From positions 73,612 to 137,611 of the forward strand of contig JANQHE010000024.1 in the NCBI GenBank assembly GCA_028282785.1: a stretch of DNA of 64,000 nucleotides, in the 5' to 3' direction. Numbering within the stretch: position 1 is the first letter of the stretch; each line of letters starts with the position of its first letter. A program made the translations under genes and the position numbers. Source of the stretch: Bacteroidales bacterium (lineage in GTDB: Bacteria > Bacteroidota > Bacteroidia > Bacteroidales > UBA12077). Below are positions 38,174-47,227 of this stretch, piece by piece. The notes beneath the pieces were generated by a model, which saw only the letters and a program-made list of their open reading frames with translations, was not told where the DNA came from and searched no databases.

Positions 38174-38188
38174 TTAAATAATACTTAA
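38174..38188. promoter_or_regulatory. operator-like palindrome copy (TTAAATAATACTTAA, 1 mismatch)
   Basis: 24 nt upstream of the purE ATG. Confidence 0.4.
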
Positions 38189-38211
38189 TAAACTAAAATA
38201 AATTTAATAAA

Positions 38212-38694
38212 ATGGAAAAAGTAGTTATTATAATGGGGTCAAAAAGTGATCTTGATTGGGCAAAAAAAATATCTAATACATTAACAAAGCTTGAAATAAA
38301 AAGCGCAATACATGTTGCATCGGCTCATAAAGTTCCTTTAAAATGTTACGACTTAATAAAGGAGTATGAAAAAGAAAATGTGGTTTTCATAACAATTGCA
38401 GGTATGAGTAATGCGCTTAGCGGATTTTCCGATGCGCAAACCTATTGTCCGGTAATTGCTTGTCCTCCATACAGTGACAAATTTGGCGGTGCTGATTTGT
38501 TTTCAAGTGTTCGTATGCCATCGGGTGTTGCTCCCTTAACCATTCTAAGTCCGGAGAATGCTGCTCTGGCTGCGGCTAAAATAATAGGCTTAAAAAATAC
38601 CGATATACAAAAAAAGGTTACTGAATATCAAGCCAAAAAAAGAGAAGAATTGGAAAAAGCCGATGAGGAGTTACAGAAAAGTAAGGAGAGTTAA
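38212..38694 (+). CDS. purE: class II PurE-type AIR carboxylase (phosphoribosylaminoimidazole carboxylase catalytic subunit)
   Basis: IIMGSKSDLDWAKK, ASAHKVP, and IAGMSNALSGFSDAQTYCPVIACPP...RMPSGVAPLTILSPENAALAAAKIIGL. This parallels the eukaryote/class II motif AGRSNGLGP...PVISCPP rather than class I GGSAHLPG. Confidence 0.75.
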   Translation: MEKVVIIMGSKSDLDWAKKISNTLTKLEIKSAIHVASAHKVPLKCYDLIKEYEKENVVFITIAGMSNALSGFSDAQTYCPVIACPPYSDKFGGADLFSSVRMPSGVAPLTILSPENAALAAAKIIGLKNTDIQKKVTEYQAKKREELEKADEELQKSKES

Positions 38695-38697
38695 ATT

Positions 38698-39723
38698 ATG
38701 GGAAGCGTAAAAGATTTAGAAGTGATACAAGCACCTGAAAAAGATTCTTCAGGTGTTGGTGTATTTAATTTTTCTGACCGGTATTCTGTTTTTGACTGGG
38801 GCGAGATGCCAGACACTATACCTCACAAAGGTGCTGCTACTGCCATACTTGGAGCTTTCTTTTTTGAAAAGATCGAGAAGCTTGGAATTGAAACCCACTA
38901 TATGGGGCTTCTGGAAAACAATGTTCCAAATAAGTTAAAAGATATCACCACTCCGTCAAATCTCATGATGATTGACATGGTTAACGTACATCAACCGGTT
39001 ATTAAAAATGATATCTATAATTATAGTGTTTACAAAAAGTTAACAGGCAATTTTCTTATTCCGCTGGAAATTATTTATCGTAATACTTTACCTGCGGGAA
39101 GTAGTGTTTTTAAAAGACTATCCAGAGGAGAACTGAAATTTTCTGATTTAGGATTAAATTCGGAACCCCAACCTGATACAAAGTTAGCTGTTCCATTTAT
39201 CGATTTTTCAACAAAACTGGAAATAACCGATCGATATATACCTCAACTTGAAGCACAGGAAATTTCGGACATGGATAATTTTGAGATAGATATTTTAGCA
39301 GATATAGCCTTGAAAATCAATGAAATTATTTCTTCGGAATATTCGAAAATCAATGCTGTTAACCTTGATGGTAAAATAGAAACAGCATTCAATACAAAAA
39401 GAAAAATAATGCTTGTAGATGTATTGGGTACTCTGGATGAATGCAGGTTTGAATTAAACGGTTTACACTTAAGTAAAGAAGTTGCACGCATCTATTACAG
39501 AAATTCTGACTGGTATCATGAAACAGAAAGGGCAAAAGAAAAAGACAGGCAAAATTGGAAAAAAGAATGTAAACTGCAACCGGAACCTCTACCGGCAAGA
39601 TTTAGAGATCTGCTTTCTTTCATGTATTGTAAGGTTACTAACGAAATTACAGAAAAGCAATGGTTTGATGTACCTATGACTCTTAATGAAATTACGAAAG
39701 AAATAAAAACCTATATCAAATAA
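38698..39723 (+). CDS. purC: SAICAR synthetase family protein (long form)
   Basis: GSVKDLEV, FSDRYSVFDWG, IPHKGAA, IPLEIIYRNTLPAGSS, NLDGKIETAF...MLVDVLGTLDECRF correspond to PurC motifs. 341 aa. Confidence 0.65.
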   Translation: MGSVKDLEVIQAPEKDSSGVGVFNFSDRYSVFDWGEMPDTIPHKGAATAILGAFFFEKIEKLGIETHYMGLLENNVPNKLKDITTPSNLMMIDMVNVHQPVIKNDIYNYSVYKKLTGNFLIPLEIIYRNTLPAGSSVFKRLSRGELKFSDLGLNSEPQPDTKLAVPFIDFSTKLEITDRYIPQLEAQEISDMDNFEIDILADIALKINEIISSEYSKINAVNLDGKIETAFNTKRKIMLVDVLGTLDECRFELNGLHLSKEVARIYYRNSDWYHETERAKEKDRQNWKKECKLQPEPLPARFRDLLSFMYCKVTNEITEKQWFDVPMTLNEITKEIKTYIK

Positions 39724-39755
39724 ATTAATTGAATACCATCAAGGCAGAAAACAAA

Positions 39756-41321
39756 ATGTTAAAAACAAATACAAGTAACATTCAGTCATCAGATATAGAA
39801 AAAATGATGGAACGTTATCAGTTCTCTGAAGAAATTGTTTCAATTCTTGAAATAGAAAACCTTATCCCCGCAAGGCTGTTAAGCAGGTTACACAATGTTT
39901 ACCCACAACATTCAGGTATCTTAACTTTATCAGAATTTCTATTTAAGAGGAAAAATCATTATGCGGGTTTAAACGGGTTCAGAGAGATAGTAGAAATACT
40001 GCAAAAAAATGGAATTGAAATTGGGTATTTAGAAGAACGTGAGCTTTTTATAAAGGTTTACCGCTTTTTAGCAACAAAGCATGTTCTAAATTCTATTAAC
40101 TGGCAGGATTTTAATAACGATTCAATTTTTCAATTAGTTTTCCCACAGCCCGGAATGATAAAACATGAAGTAGTTAAAACCTATAGTAATGCAAAGGATG
40201 AAGATGAAAGAAAAAAAGTTGTTGAAGATTACATAAAAGAAACAAATCCTCATGATGGTAAACAAAAATTAAACAGGCCGTGCTTTGAAAATCAGGGAGG
40301 GGTTGTTGAGGTAGTAGAAGGAGGTCAGCACAAATATCCTCAATGCCACCTGATATTCGATAAAACTACTCAAAATTGCTTTGCGTTCTGTACATATTGC
40401 TTTAGACATGCACAAGTTCGTGGCGACGAAGATATGTTTTTACAAAAGGATGCCAATCAGGTTCATGAGTATTTAAAAATACATAAAGAAATTACAGATG
40501 TGCTCATTACGGGTGGCGACGCTGGTTATATGCCATATGAACGGCTTAAACAATATGTTCTGCCTATTATTGATGACCCTGAATTATCGCATATAAAAAC
40601 ATTGCGACTGGGATCACGTGCTTTGACTTTTCATCCTGAATTAATTCTAACCACTGAATACACTAAAATACTGGGTCTATTTAAAAAGATGATAGATAAT
40701 GGGATTCAGGTTGCATGGATGACACATTTTTCTACTCCTCGGGAAGTGCTTAATATTAGTACAATAGCTGCTATTCGTCGCTTAAGAAAAAGAGGGATAG
40801 TAGTAAAAAGCCAAAGTCCGGTTATGAACCATATTAGCATTTTTACAAACCCGGATGGAACAATTGATGTGGACAAATCTGCTCAAAACTGGATAGACCT
40901 CGGGAACATTTTTGCCATGTTAACAATTGGGTTTCACTCAATGTATTGTGCCCGGCCAACAGGCGAACATCATTATTTCACGGTTCCATTAGCTGATATG
41001 AACAAGGTATTTAGCAAAGTCTACAGGTCACTGCCATCAATCAGCCGGCCCTCAAGGTATATTACAATGACTTCTTCCGCAGGGAAAACTTCTTTGCTTG
41101 GTGTTACAGAAGTTAATGGTAAAAAAGCCTTTGCTCTTAAATTTAATGAAAGTAGAAATATGGAATGGATGGATAAAGTTTATCTGGCAATCTATGATGA
41201 GAAAGAAAACACAATAGAAAGACTTAAACCATTTGATTCTGAAAAATATTTTTACGAAGAAGAACTGGGAAATCTTGAAAAAATACTTGAAGAAGCTCTA
41301 ACGAATCAACTGCAAAAATAA
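39756..41321 (+). CDS. KamA-family radical SAM aminomutase-like protein (lysine 2,3-aminomutase family)
   Basis: CFAFCTYC (nt 40377-40400), ITDVLITGGDAGYM, LRLGSRALTFHPE and MTHFSTPREV parallel KamA motifs. Long N-terminal extension. The ORF track start at 39729 is TTG, so I prefer ATG 39756. Confidence 0.8.
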   Translation: MLKTNTSNIQSSDIEKMMERYQFSEEIVSILEIENLIPARLLSRLHNVYPQHSGILTLSEFLFKRKNHYAGLNGFREIVEILQKNGIEIGYLEERELFIKVYRFLATKHVLNSINWQDFNNDSIFQLVFPQPGMIKHEVVKTYSNAKDEDERKKVVEDYIKETNPHDGKQKLNRPCFENQGGVVEVVEGGQHKYPQCHLIFDKTTQNCFAFCTYCFRHAQVRGDEDMFLQKDANQVHEYLKIHKEITDVLITGGDAGYMPYERLKQYVLPIIDDPELSHIKTLRLGSRALTFHPELILTTEYTKILGLFKKMIDNGIQVAWMTHFSTPREVLNISTIAAIRRLRKRGIVVKSQSPVMNHISIFTNPDGTIDVDKSAQNWIDLGNIFAMLTIGFHSMYCARPTGEHHYFTVPLADMNKVFSKVYRSLPSISRPSRYITMTSSAGKTSLLGVTEVNGKKAFALKFNESRNMEWMDKVYLAIYDEKENTIERLKPFDSEKYFYEEELGNLEKILEEALTNQLQK

Positions 41322-41358
41322 GCTTGGAATTATCGATTCATGTTTTAACTATTTAGTA

Positions 41359-42072
41359 ATGATCAATAAGATAGTAAAATCAACTTCTGAAGCAGTCAAA
41401 GATATTTTTGATGGTGCTGTTATTATGATTAGCGGATTTGGCGAAGCAGGTAGTCCAATTGAATTAATTCATGCCCTCATTGATCAAGGTGCTAAAGATT
41501 TGACAATAATAAGTAATAATACAGGAAGCGGACATGTTGGATTAGCTGCCCTAATAGAATGCAAAAAGGTTAGAAAGATGGTTTGTTCTTTTCCCAGGAC
41601 AGCTAATTCGACTGTTTTTCCCGAACTATATTCAAAAGGAGATATTGAACTTGAATTAGTACCACAGGGAACTTTAGCCGAAAGAATAAGGTCCGGAGGT
41701 GCAGGGATTCCCGCTTTTTATACATCTACATCGGTAAATACTCCATTGGCTGAGGGAAAAGAAATTCGTGTGTTCGATAACACTCAGTATGTAATGGAAT
41801 ATGGTATTAAAGCCGACTTCGCATTAATAAAATGCGAGGCTGCAGATCGCCATGGTAATCTAATATACAACAAAACTGCCAGAAATTTTGGCCCGATTAT
41901 GTGTACGGCAGCAGAAAAAACAATTGTTCAGGCAAAACGAATTGTTGAGTTAGGAGAAATTGACCCTGAATCTATTGTTACTCCGGGCATATTTGTAAAA
42001 AGAGTTGTAGAAGTCAGTAATCCTGCTGATGAATCAACACTTGTAAAAGAAAACAGGAGGTATCCATGGTAG
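41359..42072 (+). CDS. 3-oxoacid/acetoacetate CoA-transferase subunit A
   Basis: IMISGFGEAGSPIELIHALIDQGAKDLTIISNN, PQGTLAERIRSGGAGIPAFYT. Confidence 0.85.
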   Translation: MINKIVKSTSEAVKDIFDGAVIMISGFGEAGSPIELIHALIDQGAKDLTIISNNTGSGHVGLAALIECKKVRKMVCSFPRTANSTVFPELYSKGDIELELVPQGTLAERIRSGGAGIPAFYTSTSVNTPLAEGKEIRVFDNTQYVMEYGIKADFALIKCEAADRHGNLIYNKTARNFGPIMCTAAEKTIVQAKRIVELGEIDPESIVTPGIFVKRVVEVSNPADESTLVKENRRYPW

Positions 42073-42722
42073 AAAAAAAAATAAAAAAAGGATGGAGCCG
42101 AAATGAGATGGCACAAAAGGTGGCACTGGATATTCCCGATGGCTCTTATGTAAATCTTGGAATAGGAATTCCTGAACTGGTTGCTGATTTTGTCCCTGAA
42201 GGTCGTGAAGTAATATACCATACCGAGAATGGCTTACTTGGTATGGGACCGGCACCTGAGAAAGGACAAGAAGATCCCGAACTTATAAATGCAGGTAAAA
42301 AAAATATAACAGCTATTAAGGGTGCTTGTTTTTTTCATCATGCCGATAGTTTTACTATGATAAGAGGAAAACATATTGATATCTGCGTTTTAGGAGCATT
42401 TGAAGTTTCCGAAAAAGGCGATCTTGCAAACTGGTCGACCGGAGAACCTGGTGCTGTACCTGCTGTAGGTGGCGCTATGGACCTGGTTGCAGGAGTAAAA
42501 AACATCCTGGTTATAACACAGCATACAACAAAAAACGGTAAACCAAAAATTGTTGAAAATTGCACCTACCCTCTAACTGGTAAAGGAGTTGTTAACCGTA
42601 TTTATACAAATCTTGCAATAATTGATATCACTGAAGAAGGGCTTATTGTTAAAGAATTAGCCAAGGGCATTAATTTTGAATATGTGCAGGAAAGAACAGG
42701 AGCAAAACTTAGGATGTCATAA
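42066..42722 (+). CDS. 3-oxoacid/acetoacetate CoA-transferase subunit B
   Basis: YVNLGIGIPELV, the catalytic-Glu motif HTENGLLGMGP, and VPAVGGAMDLVAG. Overlaps subunit A by 7 nt. Confidence 0.85.
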   Translation: MVEKKIKKGWSRNEMAQKVALDIPDGSYVNLGIGIPELVADFVPEGREVIYHTENGLLGMGPAPEKGQEDPELINAGKKNITAIKGACFFHHADSFTMIRGKHIDICVLGAFEVSEKGDLANWSTGEPGAVPAVGGAMDLVAGVKNILVITQHTTKNGKPKIVENCTYPLTGKGVVNRIYTNLAIIDITEEGLIVKELAKGINFEYVQERTGAKLRMS

Positions 42723-42744
42723 ATTTTCATAGAGTTTATTTAGT

Positions 42745-44094
42745 ATGGAGCATAGTATTAATACAGAAATAAAAAAACGTACCAACGAAGAAATATACCA
42801 ACAAGCATGTAAAGTTATACCGGGTGGGGTAAGTAGAAATACTGTATTTCATGAACCATACCCGCACTATGTTCACCATGCAAGTGGATGCTATGTTATC
42901 GATATAGATGGTGTTCAGCGAATTGATTTTGCCAATAATATGGCAGCATTAATCCATGGGCATGCTTTCACACCAATAGTAGATGGTGTTATTGAACAAA
43001 TTAAAAATGGTACGGCTTATACCATGGCTACAGAGGTAGAAGTGGATTTTGCACAATTATTATGTAACAGGGTTTTAGGATTTGAAAAGATTAGGTTTGT
43101 TAACTCAGGCACCGAGGCTGTTATGGCTATGATAAAGGCTTCCCGGGCATTTACTGGAAAACCTAAAATAGCAAAGGCCGAAGGTGCCTACCATGGAACT
43201 TATGATTTTGCAGAAGTAAGTCAATTTGCCGATCCAACTAATTGGGGCGATATTAACAAACCGAACAGTGTTCCATTGGCATATGCGACACCACAAGGAG
43301 TTTTAGATGATGTAATAATTTTTCCGTACAATGATATCAAAAGGACAATCTCTATTTTGGACCAATATGCAGATCAGATCGCTTGTGTTCTTATAGACCC
43401 AATACCCCACAGAGTTGGTTTATTAAAAGGGTCAACTGAATTTATGGAAGCATTATATAAATGGACGCGTAAGAATAAAGCTTTACTTGTATTCGATGAA
43501 GTTGTAACCTTCCGGACTAATTACAGTGGTGCCCAGGAATATTATTCCGTAAAGCCGGACCTTACGGCTTTAGGTAAAATAATAGGAGGAGGTTTTCCTG
43601 TTGGTGCATTTGCAGGGCGTTCGGATATAATGAGTATACTTGACCCTACTGGGAGCAAGTTGCTATTTCCACACTCAGGTACTTTTTCTGCAAATCCTGT
43701 TACTATGACAGCCGGACGAATTGCTATGGAGTTTTTTGACAAAGAGGCCATCCTGAAACTAAATACATTAACCCAAAAGGCTATTAATCAAATTGAAGAA
43801 GCTATTAAAATAGCAGGTGTACCGGTATCAATTACGGGAGCAGGGTCAATGTTTCGTATTCATTTAAGGTCATTGCCTCCAATTACCTATCGTGAAGCTT
43901 ACCAGTCAAAAGAAAAAAAAATCATCATCAACGAAATACTGGATTATCTTTTTTATAAAGAAAACATTATGATGATAAATACATGTGCTTGTATGTTTTC
44001 AACAGCCATAACACAAATTGAAGTTGACAGGCTTTCTGAAGGTATGTTGAATGCATTCAAGTTAATTAAACCAAAACTTGGAAGATTACAGTAA
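42745..44094 (+). CDS. class III (HemL-like) PLP-dependent aminotransferase/aminomutase
   Basis: NSGTEAVMAMIKASRAFTG, LVFDEVVTFR, and the PLP-lysine motif DLTALGKIIGGGFPVGAFAGR. Confidence 0.85.
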   Translation: MEHSINTEIKKRTNEEIYQQACKVIPGGVSRNTVFHEPYPHYVHHASGCYVIDIDGVQRIDFANNMAALIHGHAFTPIVDGVIEQIKNGTAYTMATEVEVDFAQLLCNRVLGFEKIRFVNSGTEAVMAMIKASRAFTGKPKIAKAEGAYHGTYDFAEVSQFADPTNWGDINKPNSVPLAYATPQGVLDDVIIFPYNDIKRTISILDQYADQIACVLIDPIPHRVGLLKGSTEFMEALYKWTRKNKALLVFDEVVTFRTNYSGAQEYYSVKPDLTALGKIIGGGFPVGAFAGRSDIMSILDPTGSKLLFPHSGTFSANPVTMTAGRIAMEFFDKEAILKLNTLTQKAINQIEEAIKIAGVPVSITGAGSMFRIHLRSLPPITYREAYQSKEKKIIINEILDYLFYKENIMMINTCACMFSTAITQIEVDRLSEGMLNAFKLIKPKLGRLQ

Positions 44095-44111
44095 CATATG
44101 AAAAATTAATT

Positions 44112-45314
44112 ATGAAAGAAGTATATATATGTGATGCCATAAGAACTCCCGTTGGTCGTTATGGAGGATCTCTTTCGCCGGTAAGAGCCGATGATCTGGC
44201 GGCAATTCCTCTCAAGGCACTAATGGAAAGAAACCCGGGTATTAATTGGCTGGATACTGATGATGTTATGTTAGGCTGCGCAAACCAGGCCGGGGAAGAT
44301 AACCGGAACATCGCTAGAATGTCTTTATTGCTTGCCGGCTTATCTGAAACTATTTCCGGTGTAACTATTAACAGGCTTTGTGGTTCGGGAATGGATGCGA
44401 TTGGTACTGCTGCAAGGGCAATTAGGTCAGGAGAAGCAGATTTGATTCTTGCCGGTGGAGTTGAAAGCATGTCAAGGGCCCCTTTTGTAATGAGTAAAGC
44501 AACCAGTGCATTTTCCCGATCTAATGAAATGTATGACACAACAATTGGGTGGAGGTTTATTAATCCATTGTTCGATAAAAAATATGGTACGGAATCAATG
44601 ATTCAAACCGCTGAGAACATTGCGACTGATCTTAATATTAGCCGGGAAGATCAGGATAAATTCGCATTTCAGAGTCAGAAGAAAGCACATTTTGCGCAAT
44701 TAAACGGTTTACTTGAACAAGAAATAAATCCTGTGATAATTCCACAACGAAAAGGTGATGATGTAGTTATTGAAACAGATGAACACCCAAGATCAACTAC
44801 GATTGAAAAACTGGCTGCATTAAAACCAATAATACCAAAAAAGGGGACTATAACTGCAGGAAATGCTTCAGGAATAAACGATGGAGCTGCAGCATTAATA
44901 ATTGCATCTGAGAATGCGGTAAAACAATATAATTTAAAACCAAAAGCAAAGATTCTGGGAATGAAAACAGCAGGTGTTCTCCCCCGTATTATGGGCATGG
45001 GGCCAGTTTCTGCAACCCGGAAACTTTTGGAACATTTAGGGTTAAGCTTAAAAGATATTGATATTATTGAATTAAATGAAGCCTTTGCTGCGCAAGCTTT
45101 AGGTTGTATTCGCGAGCTTGGCCTGCAGGACGACGATCCAAGAATAAACCCCCTGGGAGGAGCAATTGCTTTAGGACACCCACTGGGTATGAGTGGAGCA
45201 CGGCTGGTTACTACAGCCACATATCAATTGATGCGGTCGAATTCAAAGAAAGCCCTTTGCACTATGTGCATAGGAGTTGGGCAAGGTATAGCTGTTATAC
45301 TCGAAAAAGTTTAA
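44112..45314 (+). CDS. acetyl-CoA C-acetyltransferase (thiolase II)
   Basis: INRLCGSGMDA (nucleophilic Cys), NEAFAAQ, GGAIALGHPLGMSGAR, CIGVGQGIA. Confidence 0.9.
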   Translation: MKEVYICDAIRTPVGRYGGSLSPVRADDLAAIPLKALMERNPGINWLDTDDVMLGCANQAGEDNRNIARMSLLLAGLSETISGVTINRLCGSGMDAIGTAARAIRSGEADLILAGGVESMSRAPFVMSKATSAFSRSNEMYDTTIGWRFINPLFDKKYGTESMIQTAENIATDLNISREDQDKFAFQSQKKAHFAQLNGLLEQEINPVIIPQRKGDDVVIETDEHPRSTTIEKLAALKPIIPKKGTITAGNASGINDGAAALIIASENAVKQYNLKPKAKILGMKTAGVLPRIMGMGPVSATRKLLEHLGLSLKDIDIIELNEAFAAQALGCIRELGLQDDDPRINPLGGAIALGHPLGMSGARLVTTATYQLMRSNSKKALCTMCIGVGQGIAVILEKV

Positions 45315-45335
45315 TAGTAAAAAAGTATTTCATTA

Positions 45336-46295
45336 ATGACAAAAAAAAACCATATAAAAAAAGCTGCAAAAATTATTCAGGATGGAGGCCTTGTTGCTTT
45401 TCCAACTGAAACTGTTTATGGGTTGGGAGCCAATGCTCTTAATCCCGATGCTGTCATAAAGATTTTTGAAGCAAAACAAAGGCCATCGTTTGACCCTTTG
45501 ATTGTACACATTTGTGATATTAAAGATATCGACTGTTTATGTTTAAATGTTGATGAAAGAGTATATAAGTTAGCAAAAAGGTTTTGGCCGGGCCCCTTAA
45601 CAATTATTTTACCAAAAAAAGATATTGTGCCTGATATTGTTACCTCAGGATTATCAACCGTAGCTATTAGGATGCCAGCCCATGATGTTGCACTTCAGTT
45701 AATTGATAAAGCCGGTTGCCCCATTGCTGCACCAAGCGCTAATAAATTTGGTAAACTTAGCCCAACAAAAGCAGAACATGTAATGAAACAACTTTCGGAT
45801 GTTGATTTGATAATCGACGGTGGAAAAACAACGGTTGGAATTGAATCAACTGTTATATCTTTAAGCCCGGCAGGGTTTAAAATTCTAAGGCCCGGTGTAA
45901 TAACCGAGGAAGAAATCGAGTTTATTATTCCTCGGGATAATTCTATTAAAATAAATGATGGCAGTTTGGTATCTCCGGGCCTTTTAAAATCTCATTACAG
46001 CCCAATTAAGCCACTATCTATCTTTAAAGATGGTGATTATTATCCCGAATCAAAGAAAATCGGATACCTTGCTTTTCAAAAAAACAATTTGACTCTCCAT
46101 TACAGTACTGTAGAAATCCTATCCGAAAAAGGAGACTTAAAAGAAGCTGCGGTAAACCTTTTTGGAGCCCTACACCGTCTGGAAGATTCGGATGTTGATA
46201 TGATTGTTGCGGACCCTGTTCCTGAAGTAGGAGTTGGAGTTGCAATCATGGATAGATTAAGAAAAGCATCTTATACAAAAAACGAAAAATATTAG
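45336..46295 (+). CDS. tsaC: L-threonylcarbamoyladenylate synthase (YrdC domain plus Sua5 C-terminal domain)
   Basis: GGLVAFPTETVYGLGANA, KQRPSFDPLIVH, PGPLTIIL, APSANKFGKLSPT, followed by a Sua5-type C-terminal domain. Confidence 0.85.
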   Translation: MTKKNHIKKAAKIIQDGGLVAFPTETVYGLGANALNPDAVIKIFEAKQRPSFDPLIVHICDIKDIDCLCLNVDERVYKLAKRFWPGPLTIILPKKDIVPDIVTSGLSTVAIRMPAHDVALQLIDKAGCPIAAPSANKFGKLSPTKAEHVMKQLSDVDLIIDGGKTTVGIESTVISLSPAGFKILRPGVITEEEIEFIIPRDNSIKINDGSLVSPGLLKSHYSPIKPLSIFKDGDYYPESKKIGYLAFQKNNLTLHYSTVEILSEKGDLKEAAVNLFGALHRLEDSDVDMIVADPVPEVGVGVAIMDRLRKASYTKNEKY

Positions 46296-46316
46296 AAGAA
46301 TATAAAAATTAAATAG

Positions 46317-47204
46317 ATGAAAGCAGACAGAAAAGATATTCTTGTACCAGTTGATTTTGGAGAAAATACAAAAAATGTACTGAAATATGCTTGTAAAATT
46401 CAAGATAAATTAAAGGGGAAGTTGCATTTGTTACATGTAGTATTTAAAGAATCCTGGTGGGCAAAATCAGTATTAACTGATGAAGTTACTCATTATGCAA
46501 AGGAAAAATTACAACGTTATATAAAACGGTATGATTTAAATGAAGATACCATTATTCAGGTAAAAACCGGAAAAAGGCATAAAGTGATTTTGGAATACGC
46601 AAGTTCTATAAATCCTGCTTTTATAATCTTATCAGATAAATATCCTTCAAATAAAGGAGTGAAAAAGTTGGGCTCAACACTGTCGCAAATAATTATTTCA
46701 TCAAAGTTCCCCGTAATTGTAACAAAATCTGAAACGAGAACTGTATTTAAGAATGTATTATTACCCTTGGATTTAATGCAAGATTGTCAGCTTAAGCTCA
46801 GGAATTCAATTTCCATTGCTTTGAACTTTAATTCAAAAATACATCTGGCATCAGTGCTATTTGGTAACTCCAGGGTAAATTGGAAAAAGATCAATGAAAA
46901 ACTTGAGGACTATAAGAATAACTATTTGGAAAGAGGTATTGGTTATTCGGTACAACTTTTACAGAAAAGGAAAGAAATGGCTTATAAGGAAATACTAAAT
47001 ATAGCCGAAGAAAAAGAATATGATGCTATTCTCATCATGACCCATAATGAAAAAGGTATTGATAATTATTTAGGAGCTTTTGCTCAACACATAATAAATG
47101 AATCAACTATACCTGTGATTAGTATAACAAAACAGGCTGCAAAAGAAAAGTATGGAAACTTCTTTAAAGCAGTAATGGATCCGTTAGGCGTTATTAAATA
47201 CTAG
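46317..47204 (+). CDS. universal stress protein (tandem USP domains)
   Basis: DILVPVDFGENTKN and LLPLDLMQD modules. Same C-terminal architecture (GAFAQHIINESTIPVISIT) as 24298..25206. Confidence 0.75.
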   Translation: MKADRKDILVPVDFGENTKNVLKYACKIQDKLKGKLHLLHVVFKESWWAKSVLTDEVTHYAKEKLQRYIKRYDLNEDTIIQVKTGKRHKVILEYASSINPAFIILSDKYPSNKGVKKLGSTLSQIIISSKFPVIVTKSETRTVFKNVLLPLDLMQDCQLKLRNSISIALNFNSKIHLASVLFGNSRVNWKKINEKLEDYKNNYLERGIGYSVQLLQKRKEMAYKEILNIAEEKEYDAILIMTHNEKGIDNYLGAFAQHIINESTIPVISITKQAAKEKYGNFFKAVMDPLGVIKY

Positions 47205-47227
47205 ATATATATGTAATTAAGAACATT

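Noticed and set aside
44159-45409. Long ORFs antisense to or out of frame with the thiolase gene (44159..44539 -, 44675..45220 -, 45104..45409 +)
   Set aside because: They lie entirely within a strongly supported thiolase CDS. Their products are low-complexity (Ala/Pro/Ser/Ile-rich) with no motifs, which is typical of shadow ORFs.
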